From the human T2T-CHM13v2.0 reference genome, Homo sapiens: a stretch of DNA of 64,000 nt. The notes under the pieces were generated by a model. That model saw only the letters and a program-made list of their open reading frames with translations, did no database searches and had not been told where the DNA came from. Location of the stretch: the NCBI RefSeq assembly GCF_009914755.1, contig NC_060929.1. The stretch is one strand, 5' to 3'. Position 1 is the stretch's first letter, and each line of letters starts with the position of its first letter. Shown here one piece after another: positions 41,745 through 58,535 of the stretch. The position numbers and the translations under genes are program-made.

Positions 41745-43990
41745 TTAAAAATGCAATACCCACATATTCAGTAACAACTGGGAACAGGGCCCTGTGTTAG
41801 GTTCTTTGGAAGGATGTATAGTGTCTGTATCTTTGTCTTCATGTTGGATGGGTGTGGAGGTAAGATATACAATAGATGTGGATACAGATGTACAAATATA
41901 TACACAAGAAAAGAGATCCAAAACATTAAGAGGCATGAAATTACCAGTGGCCCAGACAATACAGTCAGAATATGATGGGATTGCTTTAAGCTAGGATTGG
42001 TGCAGAAAAGCTTATTAGAAGATGAAATTCGGGCTGAATCTACAAGGGATGATAGAATGTGGATAGGTAGAAAGAGCAGTGAAAGAGAAAGTTAAAAAGA
42101 TAACATGGACCCATATGATGTGAGGTTTTGAATGGCAAATTAAGAGCTTGGATTTTATCCTGGAGGTAATGGGAAATTGTCTGTAATATTTAAAATTGAA
42201 AAATTCTTATTAGGTAGTATTGAATATTAAAAGAAGTTTGGGAAATGATACATGAAATAACATTTACATATGTATATATAAAAACTGAAAGAAACATCGT
42301 AAATATGCAAACATTTACACACACACATATTAACTGAAAGAAAGATCTAACATGCTTTTTGTTGTTGTTATTTTTGAATTGTGATAGCTTGGGAACTTTT
42401 GTTTCTAAAAAGTTTTCTGTATTTTTCAACAGTTCTACAAGGAGGATTTATTAACTTTATTCCACAGTCCTTTTACAGAGGGTGGGAGAGGGGTTCTTCT
42501 TAGCCTTCACTAAATATTCCAACTCTCTAGACTAGAGGGGCAGGACTGCATCAGCCCTCCTGCTCTGCAAGAGTCCAAGCTGCAGCCCAGCGCAGCAGTA
42601 AAGCTCAGGTGCAGGGATACTCACATTAGGCAGGTCCACAAACTGCACTCGCTTTAAAGCCCCATGCCCTGCAGGAGCAGTATCTTTTATGACAACACCA
42701 TAGACATAGCTTCCAGGGTGTCTACAAAGGGCAGGCCGGCTACAAGAGTAACTGCACTCTGGGAAGTCAAAAATATGTCATCTTCATCAGGTACTTATAA
42801 TTCATTTATAGTTCCACACAGCCTGAATACAATATTCCAGTAAGAGGTTATTTTTACCCCTGTCAGCGTTGCTTAGCCTTAGTGGTAAAGTTGAAATCCC
42901 AGCCACAGCAGATTCCCAGGGCAACAGAGTTAGAGTAGCTAAAGGTCAGCTCCTCAAGTATCAGGTGAAAGGGTTTTATTAACTCTTTGCCCACATTTAC
43001 GCTTGGAAAACGCATAACAGTTAGAAAAAGGCTATTGTTGTAGCTCAAACTGGAGGTAAGAGAACGTAAAATAAGATGTCAGCAGTAAAAATGGAAAAGG
43101 AAGGGCCATGACAGATATCAATAATAGGAAGTTGACAATAGTAAAATGAAGCATTTTAGATGACGTCTTTGATCCATTATCACTCCATTAATTGTATACA
43201 AGACAAGAAGTGTCAAATTTTATGAAAATTTGCATATGAAAGTTGAGGAGAGTATCATGAATGATTTAAATCGTGAATGATTTCAGTTTCAAGCCTGGGA
43301 ATCTGAAAGAAAGGTGGCTCCATGATTAGAATGTCAACACCTCAAGCAATTTAGATATTTTTTAACAATGACGTTTGGCTTTTAGACATGTTCCTTGTAA
43401 CAGTAAGCACAAATTCAGATATTTGAAGGTGCCAGTAAAGTAAAATCAAAATAGGTAAAGTCAATGAGTAAAGCTGCTGGGCAAAAAAACACAGGAAGTG
43501 GTGGGAACCATGGCCCTGGGCAGCTTGTGAGCTTCCACTGAGCTCCAGTTGACGGTTGCCATGTGGGGAGGAAAGCCCAGAGTTGCAAGATCTTCTATTT
43601 TATTTATGTTTATAATTAATTCAACTTTTAAAAAAACCTCTCAAGGCCCTCAAAAGCCTGTGAGAAAAGTGCATTCAAAAGTCAGTGTCTTTTGCCCACA
43701 TGCCTAGAAGCAATGTCTAGGACTGTAGAACTGAAGCCTTGAGAAGGAAGACAGAATGATGTTTGCAATTGCCTTAGTAGAAATTTTTAAGAAGGATTGG
43801 TCATCTAGGGTAAGAGAATGGAAAAAGGCTACAGGTCTGAGCTTTAGAAGAGGCCAAAATTCAGAAAATGAGAGTTGGGGAAGAAGCCAGTAAATATGAA
43901 AAGGGTGGTCTATGCCACAGGGGCAGAAGCAAGAGAGTAAGAGTAAAATTGCAGAAGCCAGTACAGGGAGATGTACCATAAGATAATTGT
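41745..43990 (-). mobile_element. Fragmented L2 (about 41745-42190 and 43040-43990) with an inserted hAT-like relic near 43470-43690
   Basis: degenerate L2 motifs (gagcttggattttatcctggaggtaatggga; tttcagtttcaagcctggga; tttggcttttagacatgtt); boundaries approximate. Confidence 0.45.
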
Positions 43991-44656
43991 TAAGAGCATC
44001 AAATATTAAACATAGAATAATATTTGAAAAAATTAAGCATTTAGGTAATGAAGTATAAGTTCTCTGCTTTTCTCTAAACAGATTTCTATCTTTAAATGAG
44101 AAAACATATTGCTACAAGGGATGATACCCCTGCAATCCTTCCATATTTTTCTATGTCCCATAGCTGCTGGGATAAGGCTTAACCATTTCATTGAGAAGAC
44201 AATCTTCCAAGACTATGAGGTGAAATATGCCACACCAGTATTCCAGGACAACTCAGCTCCTTATAATGTATTTAAACATATATTCAGCCATTGCAGCATG
44301 CATTCTACTGCTTATCTAATTTTATTTCCTTAAAAAATCACTATAGTATTACTGACCTTTTCTGATTTGTGGAGAAGAAAGAGAGGTTAGAGTGAAATCT
44401 AAAGAAATTCATTTTGTTACTGTCAAGCGATGAAATCTGTAACAGCTGTTCATCCTCAAAGATGGAACCGACTGATATTCTTTATCCTCATGAAAGAGCC
44501 AATAAATAACTTTCAGGGAGCATCAATTTTTATCTTTCATTTCCTTTGCCAACTAGCTCCTCTTCTAGATTGCTAGAAGTAAAACAAATGTAGATTTCAG
44601 TTTCCTTGAGAATTTCTGTTGTTCATTGGGCTGTTTTGTTTCATTTTGTGTCCTAG

Positions 44657-44800
44657 ATTGGTTCCTACTTTGGCAGTATTTTAACAACAACTGACATTGA
44701 CAAGGATTCTAATACTGACATTCTTCTAGTCGGAGCCCCTATGTACATGGGAACAGAGAAGGAGGAGCAAGGAAAAGTGTATGTGTATGCTCTCAATCAG
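44657..44800 (+). CDS. ITGA1: ITGA1 exon 13 (144 nt): IGSYFGSILTTTDIDKDSNTDILLVGAPMYMGTEKEEQGKVYVYALNQ; Ca-binding loop DIDKDSNTD
   Basis: tcctag|ATT acceptor, CAG|gtaatg donor; FG-GAP repeat. Confidence 0.97.
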
Positions 44801-45920
44801 GTAATGGTGTCTGAGTTTGGTAGAAATCCAGGAAAATCTCTTCCTTCTCTTCATTTTTTAATAATAAATTCCAATTTTTCACTCACTTTGAAAAAACAGA
44901 GCAAAGAAGCTATCAGGATTCATTCACTCCACCAACCCCTCAGTTTTGAAATGACCATTTATAATTCTAATAAAGTAGCTCCAACTCTTAGATATTTTCT
45001 GCTTGGAAATGTGAATTATGTTTAACAATATATAGGATAAAGGAGGTAAATATAAATCTCACTAAACTGCTAAATAAACCCACAAGGCTTATTTAGGCTG
45101 GGAGGCTTATCAGCTCTGGCTTGGAGATAGATAATAACCTCAGCAGTTAAATCGGATAGGGTGGAGGGGGAGAAGTCATGAGTTTCAAGGCAGCAACACT
45201 GCAGGCTTCCAGGAAATACTTCACTGGGCTGGAGTGAGATTTTGTCTTCTGTTCCTGACTTTAGACATCATTTTTTAAGTTAAATAATTTTTAATTTCTT
45301 CATTAGAAGAGTGTTTTGCTCTTTATAGCAAAGCCAGTGTTTATCTATTTAGCTTTTCCAAATATGTACATTCTCTCCTAAATTGATTATTTTAAATAAT
45401 AAATCATGTGTCTTTCTTCCTATCATTTTTTGGCTTCCTCCTGTCAACTTTTTTTGTCCTGGGCTGTTTTGTCCTTTTTCCAAGAAAGTGTATTCTTGAT
45501 TACCTTTGCTAGTACTTTCTGTCTGGGTTTTTTTTTTTTTTCCTTCCACTCTAGGCAGCTTTAGAGAAAGTTTCCTTTCTGAGCAGAATAAATTTTCGCT
45601 TTGCACAATATTGGGTGAAGAAGGGATAGTGGCACAAATTAAGGATATAATATTATTTGGCCTGAAAAAGATGCTCTGAATTGTATACTCAATTGCATTA
45701 AAAAGAGATTCCATTAAAGTATGTCTCCCACACTTCTACCATCTGCTCTTTGGAATCCCTAACTTTACTCTCAGATAGGCACACTTTTTAAGAAATTTTA
45801 CCAACTTTACCACTAATGTACAAATGGCTGTTAATAGCACTGATTTAGTATACTTTAAAAATTCTACTCTGCTGTAGTAATGATGGAAATACATAAATAT
45901 CCTGTTTATCTTTCTTCCAG

Positions 45921-46178
45921 ACAAGGTTTGAATATCAAATGAGCCTGGAACCTATTAAGCAGACGTGCTGTTCATCTCGGCAGCACAATTCATGCACAAC
46001 AGAAAACAAAAATGAGCCATGCGGGGCTCGTTTTGGAACTGCAATTGCTGCTGTAAAAGACCTCAATCTTGATGGATTTAATGACATCGTGATAGGAGCT
46101 CCGCTGGAAGATGATCACGGGGGAGCTGTGTACATTTATCATGGAAGTGGCAAGACTATAAGGAAAGAGTATGCACAA
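45921..46178 (+). CDS. ITGA1: ITGA1 exon 14 (258 nt): TRFEYQMSLEPIKQTCC...DLNLDGFNDIVIGAPLEDDHGGAVYIYHGSGKTIRKEYAQ; Cys-rich alpha-1 insert plus Ca loop
   Basis: ttccag|ACA acceptor, CAA|gtaaga donor; overlaps ORF 45939..46250. Confidence 0.97.
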
Positions 46179-46334
46179 GTAAGAATTGAAACCTACAGAT
46201 TCCCACCCTTCAGTGATAAGTCGGTTCAATGCCAGGCATTACCTGTCTAACTTCATGAGTTATTTAATTTCTTCCTCCTGACCTTATTGGGAAACTGGAT
46301 TTAATTCTCTTTAAGTGTTTTTTATAGATTAGTT

Positions 46335-48804
<2,470 letters not shown>

Positions 48805-50099
48805 GTAATTACTTTATATTTTATACATTTATCTAGTTTCCTTTCTGTTGTTATTTTCCATATCTCCAGGATTTGACTTTTTGAAACAGTTAAAAAAAAG
48901 AATACTTTGTAACAATGCTGTTTAACATCTGTTAAATTTAGAATGGGACATTTAGTGTGTCCCGTTCTAAATAGAGGGCACTGCTTTCTGAATAAGGCAA
49001 AAATAATTGTATGACTTAACCAATAAAGGAAATTAGATTCTTGATTTTATATTTAATGTCCATGCTGTTATAATAAATTGCATTAAATTTATATTTATCC
49101 ATTAAGTTGATATATTTTCGTCAAGTGAATTACGATTTCTAAAGGTTTATAATTTTCTCGCAAGTAATCCTTAGAAAAAATAAATCTGAATATTAAGTTT
49201 AAGCTGCAGGGAACTTCTGTTATTCCTGTTTGTAATTTGTTGTCAGTTAACAGCTCTAATCCATAAGTGTATTTTTTTTCCTTCATTAGAAAAATAACAA
49301 GTTACAAAAGTGCTTAATGCACTACACTATAAAAACAAAAGAATTTAAAGGAGTTTGAATGTAATTGTCTGCTCTCAAGTAATCATAGTTGGTTAGATAT
49401 TGAACAACTACTTACAAATAAAACAGAATTCACTACCTTCTAGCTTATATAATTTGAAAAGAAATTAGAATATTAATTATTTCATTTTCTATTTGAGTGT
49501 TCTCTTTGGTTCTGTAGTCAACAGAGCTCTCAAAATCTATTCATGTAATGCAAACATGAGTGATTTTTCATAAAACCATAATGACAATAGTGAACAGAAT
49601 AAAGGGCTTATTTCAATAAGAGCACTTGTATCCATTTGATAAATAATTTGTTTCTGTTGAAAATCTTTATGGCATTATTTACTTAACAAGAGACAGGCAA
49701 TATTAATGACTGGGGCATGATGGAATTAGGAAATGCAGGAAGAGAGTTCTTTCTTATATTCTAATACTTTATTCCTTCAGCATCAATCCTGTAAATTTAA
49801 TGGGGTAGCATTTGAAGTAGAAAAGGAAAGCTAAATCATTGTCAGATGAAATAGATTTGTCATAAACAACTTGTTTTCTAAATGGTGGTAAATCAAGATG
49901 CAACTTTAAACAAAAACAACAAAAAGAATATTAGAGTTGGATTTGTTTAATTACTGGCAAAATGTTTTTCCAAGGAATAGGTGAAGATGTGCTTACTCAT
50001 TTCCATGAGAACCAGAGATGCTGCTTATGTATGGGATAATCCAGAATCAATCAAGCCCATAGAACCAAGGAGTCAGATATCTCCTGAATTCTTCACTTA

Positions 50100-50367
<268 letters not shown>

Positions 50368-51222
50368 GGGGGGGAAATACTTTCAAACGAGCCTCACCTG
50401 TTTAAGGATGAAAAATGTTTCCATTTGGTTTGCCTTAGTAGGCTTCTTATTTTATGTTATTTATGTGGAAAACAAGAGGCTCAGAAGACTTGAAGTTTAG
50501 GGAGGGTTTGTAAGTCCTGACTGCTTGCCATGGGCTTCTGTTAAAAGCATTAGCTTAAGCTTGAACCAATGCTAAGTCAGGAAGTACAGATATCAAACAT
50601 ACTATGTATGGTAATGTGCACAGATCAGTCTTCAAGACATACTCATTTGTGCCATCTCAACGTTGTGAATACATCTGAGTGGAATTGAGTCTCTTGTGCC
50701 CTCAACTTTTAGGACAATTTTTGAAAGACAGTAGAGATTACATATTGGAAAATGTATTTGATGGGATGTGTTATTTATACCCAGCCACAAAGTTCAGTGA
50801 ACTCCAAATTGACCCCTAGGACAATATTATACTCCCCTCCCCCCTTTGCTGATATGATATGTTTTCAAGATTTCCAGTACCTTTAGATATGTCTGTGTGA
50901 TGGGATTGGCTAGGAAGCAGAAAGCACAGAACCAATTACTCATACTGTTTCCTTTGAGGATTAGACACAATGACACTATATAATTTTTCCCTCTCTCTGG
51001 TGTCAGTGACCTTGTAATGATTTTGTCTGTACTATAAAAACAGCAATATCCTCTGGGAACATCTGAGTATTTCCTCTTATCTCCACATGAGGGACCTCTT
51101 GGGCGGATTCCCAAATTAACAAAACTGATTATTTTGTTAAACAATTTAAATTCTCAGATTTATTTGAAACTGTTTTGAACAGACTCTTCTCATATGAAAC
51201 TCTTTTTTTTGGATTCTCACAG

Positions 51223-51353
51223 CGTATTCCATCAGGTGGGGATGGTAAGACACTGAAATTTTTTGGCCAGTCTATCCACGGAGAAATGGATTTAAATGGT
51301 GACGGTCTGACAGATGTGACTATTGGGGGCCTTGGTGGTGCTGCCCTCTTCTG
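51223..51353 (+). CDS. ITGA1: ITGA1 exon 15 (131 nt): RIPSGGDGKTLKFFGQSIHGEMDLNGDGLTDVTIGGLGGAALFW; Ca loop DLNGDGLTD
   Basis: tcacag|CGT acceptor, TG|gtatgt donor. Confidence 0.97.
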
Positions 51354-52999
51354 GTATGTATTTTAATAACATCCTGTTAATCTGAGACTGGGTCACTTGC
51401 AGAGCTCCCAGTGTGATTGGAGCTCATGTCATACCAAATATCTATTTCCTTTTGTGTTCCACTATGCAAATACAAGTTATTCAGTTGAGTGAGCTGGAAG
51501 AGTCAATACATCTTAAGAACAAAGAAGCTATATGAAAGAAACAAGTAGAATGAACTCTTAATTTGGTGTGTCTATTATGTGGTTTACACTAAAATAGGTA
51601 TTCTGTTTTAGGAGAGGTATAGGGGAAGAGAAGATCTTATAGAGGATGTATATAAACAAGAAAATATCCCTAATATTTGGTTGCTTACAAGGTTTTAGAG
51701 ATAATCGACTTTGTATTCATTTACCTGATACATAGAAACAGATAATCGCGTAGCACTCTCTGACTCTGTTTATATTGTTGGTCAAGCCTAGAGGCATCTT
51801 AAGTAATATCTTCGCTCAGCCTTTAAAATGCCTAAATCCCCAAATTGGCCCAGTTCTTTCAGATACATACATTCATAATGCTTTATTAATTATGAATAAA
51901 TAATAATTTAGTAGGCAAAAATAATTATTGCTTACTAAATATCCTATCTCAAAAACTAAATATCCTATTTCAAAAACTGTTCTGTTTGAAAGAAATTACT
52001 AGGAAGTCAAGAATCAACTTAATGAGAAATCCACATGATAATTTTGAAAAATATATAATAAATTTCATTAAGAAATATAAAGGAAGGGTTTCATAAATAA
52101 AATCTATTTATGCCAGGTGACTTTATGGGAAGTCCGCATGTTGATTCTCCTAAATTAATGCATTGGTTTACTGTAATTCGGGTGGAAACATACATCAATG
52201 CTCTTTTTCCCAAAAATCTACCTAGAAGAGTAATAAAGTATAAAAGAAAGGTGAAGATAGAGAGGTGAAAATAGATGACTTTGCTATAATTTAAGATAAT
52301 GCTTAAGAACTAATGGTCAAATTAAAATGGTACAGTAAATTGTGCACATACAATAATCACTATTTAAAAAAAAAACCTTTACAATAGAGGGGAAAGAAGA
52401 CTGAAGGGTGATACCTAAGAAAAGGGAATATTAGGCAGCACAGTGGCTGGGACTTTGGGGAGGACTCACCAGAAGCCAAGGCTCAAAACCAGAAGTCAGC
52501 AGTGTCAGGGACAATGGATATACTTCAATTTTGTTTGAAATGTTAATCCTGAATTAGTTTATTATGCTCCCTTTAGCTCACAAATATTTATTGTATTAAT
52601 TCTCATATTAAAAATATGTTTTCAGGGTTTTTATGCTCCAGTTTTGTTTCAAGGCTTTCTTGCAAAGCTTTGCAAACTTATTTATGGCCTCTCCTGCCCC
52701 AAATCAAGGCATTGATGGCCCAAAATGATAGTCATTTCCCTATCATAGTCCAGGCTCCACTGACAGCAGAATGGACCAAACCGATATACTGGGACACGAA
52801 GACTAAGATTCACAATGCCTAACAAGAAGTGAGAGTGGATACAAGTGACAGATGATAGGAAAAACGTTTGGAAGCAAATAGTGAGAGTCTTGTCATGAGA
52901 CCTGGACTGACTCCCAAGAAAGATCTGGCTGGGGCAGAGAGGATGTGTGGGGTGGACAATGGTCGAGGCAGCTTCATGCCTGGAGAATCCATATTACTA

Positions 53000-53620
53000 A
53001 GCAGGAAACTAGGCATGTTCATTCATTGCTGATGAAAGGGTAAACTGGCTAAAACTCATTCGAAGGTCTTTATCAATAAGTGTTTAAAAGCATTCCAATG
53101 TTCCTACTTTTTACCAAGGATTTAACTTCCTAAAAATGTAAAGATACAATCTAGAAGTACAATTAAAGGTGTCATCACAGCACTGTATGTAATACCATCT
53201 TTTAATAATGTTAAATTTACCACTATACTCAGAAACCTTTTTTTTAAATTAAGCTAAATATCCAATGAGATGGGATTGAATGCATAGATTATGGTATGTG
53301 CATATGCTGGTATAGTCTGCTTCCATTAAAAATAATAAATCCCATTAAAAATAATGTTCTCAGAAAAATGTAAATATTGGAAAGCTGTTCATTGTAATAT
53401 AATGTTTTAAAAATTTGTAGGCATACATATGAAGATGTGCTTTTGTATATATGTATGTATGCATGTGTGTACGTGTATGCATGTTTTCTTCTGTAAAGAA
53501 AAAACCACTGAGTGTACTAAATGTTAATGATGATTATTGCTGAGTGGTAGTATAACAAGTTATTTGTGTTTTCTTTATGCATTTCTATGATGTTTATATT
53601 TTCTATGAGTCCATTGTTTT
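53000..53620 (+). mobile_element. Old L1ME-like 3' fragment
   Basis: gtaaactgg...tcatcacagcactgt...ctaaatatccaat...attatggtat...ccattaaaaataat; degenerate. Confidence 0.45.
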
Positions 53621-53839
53621 AACAGAAAAAAGAAAACCACCTTTTTTTAATGCAAAAGCATAAGTAGTGACCTCATTATTCACAACATACACAGTTATAA
53701 GGGGCTAGCTCTGGCCACAAGGCAGAAACCAGGTAAAAATGTGCAGTAATTGTTCCGGCTTGGATCTAAGACAATGACCTCAGTATCCATATATTCTCCA
53801 TGTCTGAGATCTTACTCTGATCTCATTTTGGATTAGTAG

Positions 53840-54040
53840 ACATTACTGGGCTTTCGAGTTAAAACGACTGAGTTTAAAATCCCAGGTTTTTCCTCTTAAT
53901 AGCTTTTGACCTGGCATAAAATATTTAACTTTTCAGAGCCCCAGTTATCAAACGTAAAACAAAAAAATGATGTTGCTTATAATTAACCTTAAGAATTAAA
54001 TGAAATAGCATCCATGTCTAGCACAATGCCTCAAATGTTA
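53840..54040 (+). mobile_element. MIR
   Basis: gactgagtttaaaatcccagg...tgacctggcataaaatatttaacttttcagagcc...ctagcacaatgcct. Confidence 0.6.
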
Positions 54041-54490
54041 TTTTGCTTTTCCTTCCTAGAAATAGAGGAAGAGCTGAACTCACAAGGACAGACAATATTA
54101 CAGTCCAGACAAGAGATAGCAGGGGTCTACGGGCTGTTCAGGGACCTTTAGACTTCTTTCAAATTTGGAACAAACTCGTAAATCCCCAAAATACAGTTGA
54201 TTCTGGGGTTTCACCTGGACACTTGATTCCATCTCTTTTCCATCACAGGAAAAACTAGATCTTTGGTGTTTGAACCAAAAGCCCCAAATGGTTTCCAAAT
54301 ATAACCTACATGTCTTAGAACATCAGATATAATCTCTTCTGTAACAATGATTAATTAAAGAAATGGAGTCCTGAGCGCTGTATTATACATGAAGCAGAAC
54401 CCTCTTCCATGCACTCACTTTGCACTCCCAAGTTGATGACATTCATTAAATGTAAAAATGTGTGAGTAATCCCATTGTTTTTGTTTGTAG

Positions 54491-54657
54491 GTCCCGAGAT
54501 GTGGCCGTAGTTAAAGTGACCATGAATTTTGAGCCAAATAAAGTGAATATTCAAAAGAAAAACTGCCATATGGAGGGAAAGGAAACAGTATGCATAAATG
54601 CTACAGTGTGTTTTGATGTGAAATTAAAGTCTAAAGAAGACACGATTTATGAAGCTG
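54491..54657 (+). CDS. ITGA1: ITGA1 exon 16 (167 nt): SRDVAVVKVTMNFEPNKVNIQKKNCHMEGKETVCINATVCFDVKLKSKEDTIYEA, thigh domain
   Basis: ttgtag|G acceptor, GCTG|gtaagc donor. Confidence 0.97.
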
Positions 54658-56090
54658 GTAAGCAAAATAATTATAGCAAGTACTTTTGGGTAGAGGACAA
54701 TATATTTGCTCTAGCATGATGAAGTCCAGTAGGATATTGTATTTTCCCCACATGGTGAGCTGCACGTCATATTTGCCCCAGTGAAGATGCAGAACCTTGA
54801 AAAAAAATTCTGTTGCAAAAGGAATAGGTTATGGAACCCAGTCAATTCTGGAGCAGAAATTACATGTTTGTATGCAGTGCCCTCAACACTCCATAGTTTC
54901 TGTCTGGCTCTCCTACTTGCTATGTACAATGAGACGCTTAAGAAAAAAATACCGATTCAGAGGTAGAGTTTAGAAATTGAGCTACAAATGGGCCCAGTTT
55001 TCCTTCCTGTAGGTTTCTACCATGACTCTTCTCTCCCTTCTCTTGCCCCCTCTTGGGAAAGACTGATATTGCAGAGAACCCTAATACTTTACCATTCCCA
55101 CATTTCCGAGATCCTTTGTTCCATTGAGGTGACCCTAGTTTCCGAGAGTCAGACTTGTTCTGTGTGTGTGTTCTCAGGTGCATCAGGTCAGCCTGTGCTT
55201 CCTCTTCCTCCCTCCGTTCTCCACTTTCTAAGGCAGCTTTTTAATGATGTTGAAATATGCTCGAATCAAAGCTATAAAGGCCATTGGCTAAAGAAGAGAA
55301 ATTTACTCTGTAACCAAATACAAGCAGAATGAGAAAAGCCATTAATCCTTAAAATCTGTTTTTCTTGATTTGTTCCATATGTGCATGTATATGCTCTGAA
55401 ATAGCCTCCTGACTAGAAAGATCAATGAGGTATAAGAACATAAAATAATGATTTTGAGTTTTATATGTAACTTTATTTCAGTCTTATTTAATTTTTGCAA
55501 AGTAATTAAGTGATCAAATAAGGAATATTGTAGCCTTCATATACAGTGTAAGATTTCATTTATTTTCTTTATTGTGGTATGCTTATTTTATTGAACCTTA
55601 ATAGTGGTTTGACCATAAGCTGAGATAATGTCATTTTATATATAAATAGATTAAAATGTATATATTTGTAAATAAATAACTAAAGTATATTTTTGTCCCT
55701 ATTGAAATATAACATAATCAATATTCTAAGCAGGGTTCCAACATTTCTAAACTTAAAAAGAATGTTTTAAGTGAAAATATAATAAATACAGTGGTGGCCT
55801 GGCAATTAGATGATAGGCAGGTGTGCATGTGTGTATAAGAATTATAAACAATAAATGTAATTAGACACTGAAAGCACAGTGAACTCAGAGACCAGTTCTA
55901 TAGAGTTCCTCAAGGTTATCTTCATGACTGCTAATATCATTGTTATAACAGTGTGGATATGCTGAACAATAGAATCTTTTTTGATTGATTGCCAAAGAGA
56001 TTTTTCTATAATGCTAATTTAATAATCTGTACAATATGAGAATCACTTCAAATAAACATTTCCATCAATTATTTTTTAAAATTTTTGTAG

Positions 56091-56227
56091 ATTTGCAGTA
56101 CCGTGTCACCCTAGATTCACTAAGACAAATATCACGAAGTTTTTTCTCTGGAACTCAAGAGAGAAAGGTTCAAAGGAACATCACAGTTCGAAAATCAGAA
56201 TGCACTAAGCACTCCTTCTACATGTTG
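56091..56227 (+). CDS. ITGA1: ITGA1 exon 17 (137 nt): DLQYRVTLDSLRQISRSFFSGTQERKVQRNITVRKSECTKHSFYML; ends at a GC donor
   Basis: ttgtag|AT acceptor; TTG|gcaagt is the junction that keeps frame into exon 18 (DKHDFQ). Confidence 0.93.
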
Positions 56228-57499
56228 GCAAGTAAATCATATATCGTTGCTGCCTTATTCCAAATCAAGAATACAGTAGAGATGTCTTATTTCAAGTCAA
56301 TCAAATTCTTACTGTTTTATTTCAAAATGCACTTATGATGTCATAAAGGAAATCTTGTTTGTTCATTTTTATCATAAAATCGCAGGTCTAATTTTCTCAT
56401 TTCCAAATATTTGTAAAACTATCTCTAGTCTTCCCTGTCTGCATTATCAGACATCCATATATTATGGAACGGCAGGAAAAGACACAGTGTTCTAGTTGAC
56501 AAGAAACCTTATTCATGTCTTCATTTCTTTCACTCATTCATTTATTCCTTCAACTTGAAAACATTTAATTTCTGTGGGCCTTGTCTGTCAGTTGTGGTTG
56601 GTAAGTGATTAACTGCTCTGGGGGCAGACTGCTGGGCTGTATGCTTTCTGGGATCCATGTAACTACATATCTCGCCGTTTGATTTTAGAGCGAAGGGGAA
56701 AATTATCTGGTATTTTCTATCATCTGTAGGCTTTGTGCTACTTCAGTTTTTTTTTTTTTTAATTTTAGTGGATGAGGGAGTTTTGGAAATCAAACTATTA
56801 ATGTTTAGAGATGGCTGGTAAGCCAGTGTGAATCATTTAAAATGTATTTTGTTGGGACACTGTGTATATGGGGAATGTTCCCAACAGAGGGCAGGAGTTT
56901 CCTAAACATTTTCTTAAAATGTACATGAGAGTGATAAAAACAAGAAGCAGCATGAAGGTAATGAGGAAACTGATTTTAGTAACTGACATTAAGACTTAGA
57001 GACTTGACGGTAAACTTGGAGCTTTAAAGGAACCAGGCCAATTTTCCTACTTCTGACTTATTTCTGTATTATTGATATATTCATAGTCTGTATTTTGAAA
57101 ATTGTAGTTCAGGGGCAGGGGAGTGACAGAAAATGTGCACCCTTTTGTGCCACATTTGTTCTTCCTCAGTGATTTTCATGTTGATATGCTTCATGATACT
57201 TATCATGAAGCTTATTCTGTCAGGACCAAGATCAATCTATTATTTGGTAAAATAACACTGGAGTTGCCCCTCCTATTTAGTTAATCAGAACTGAACACTT
57301 AGGAATTAGAATGTGGATAAAATTTGAATGGGTATGAAACCAGATATGGCATTGTCTCCAACCTGCTAAAAATCATCTCAGTCTATGTTTGTCCACAAAT
57401 TCAGTGTCTAAGTTATGTCCAGGTACTGGTGTTTAAAGGACTGAAATATTTTCAAAATTTCGAAAATTGTTTTGGATTTTGAAAGAAGCACTTTGAAAT

Positions 57500-57720
57500 T
57501 TGTTCTGGAGTCAGCCAGTGTAGAATTTGTATCCCAAATATTCCACATTCTGAGAGACTTTGGCAACGTCGTTTGGTCTCTTAGAGGGTCAATCTTTCAT
57601 CTGTAAAATAAGGACAATAATAGTTACTCATCTTAGAGGACTGTTGAAATAATTTGCAATAATGTATATAAAGCTCATAATTTTGAATACTATAAATGAT
57701 TATTGTTATTGGTGGCATGT
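57500..57720 (+). mobile_element. MIR
   Basis: tctggagtcag...tcatctgtaaaataaggacaataatag...aataatgtatataaagc. Confidence 0.7.
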
Positions 57721-57767
57721 TAACAGTATTAATCATATTCACATCCTTTCCAAATAATTTTACATTA

Positions 57768-58112
<345 letters not shown>

Positions 58113-58535
58113 TTATATTAATGAAATGTAACTCATTTTATAGAAAGTTTGCCCTTCTGAAGTTGGGAAATGTTCCCGGAAGTGTTACATAATGATCTTT
58201 GGCTTGAGGTCTCAAGAAAAACTATATTGTGATGCAGGTAGCTCCTATGTTGACACAGCCAAGTGTGATGTTGCCATCACTCCAGCAGGGCCCTCTGAGG
58301 AACTGGAAGTGAGTCAACAGGTCATACTCTGAAACCTCCACATTCCCCTATGCCCCTTGTCAGAATGCCAATCCCTCTCCAGGGAAGCAAAAGCCTGATG
58401 AGATCATATGTCAGATTAGATGCACAAGAATGCTGCAGTAAGCCTGACCCTTGGGAACAGAAGAAGGAGACATAACAAGATCAGAACACCCGGTAAATAT
58501 GATACCAGTGATATATTTTATGTTTCACCCTCTAG

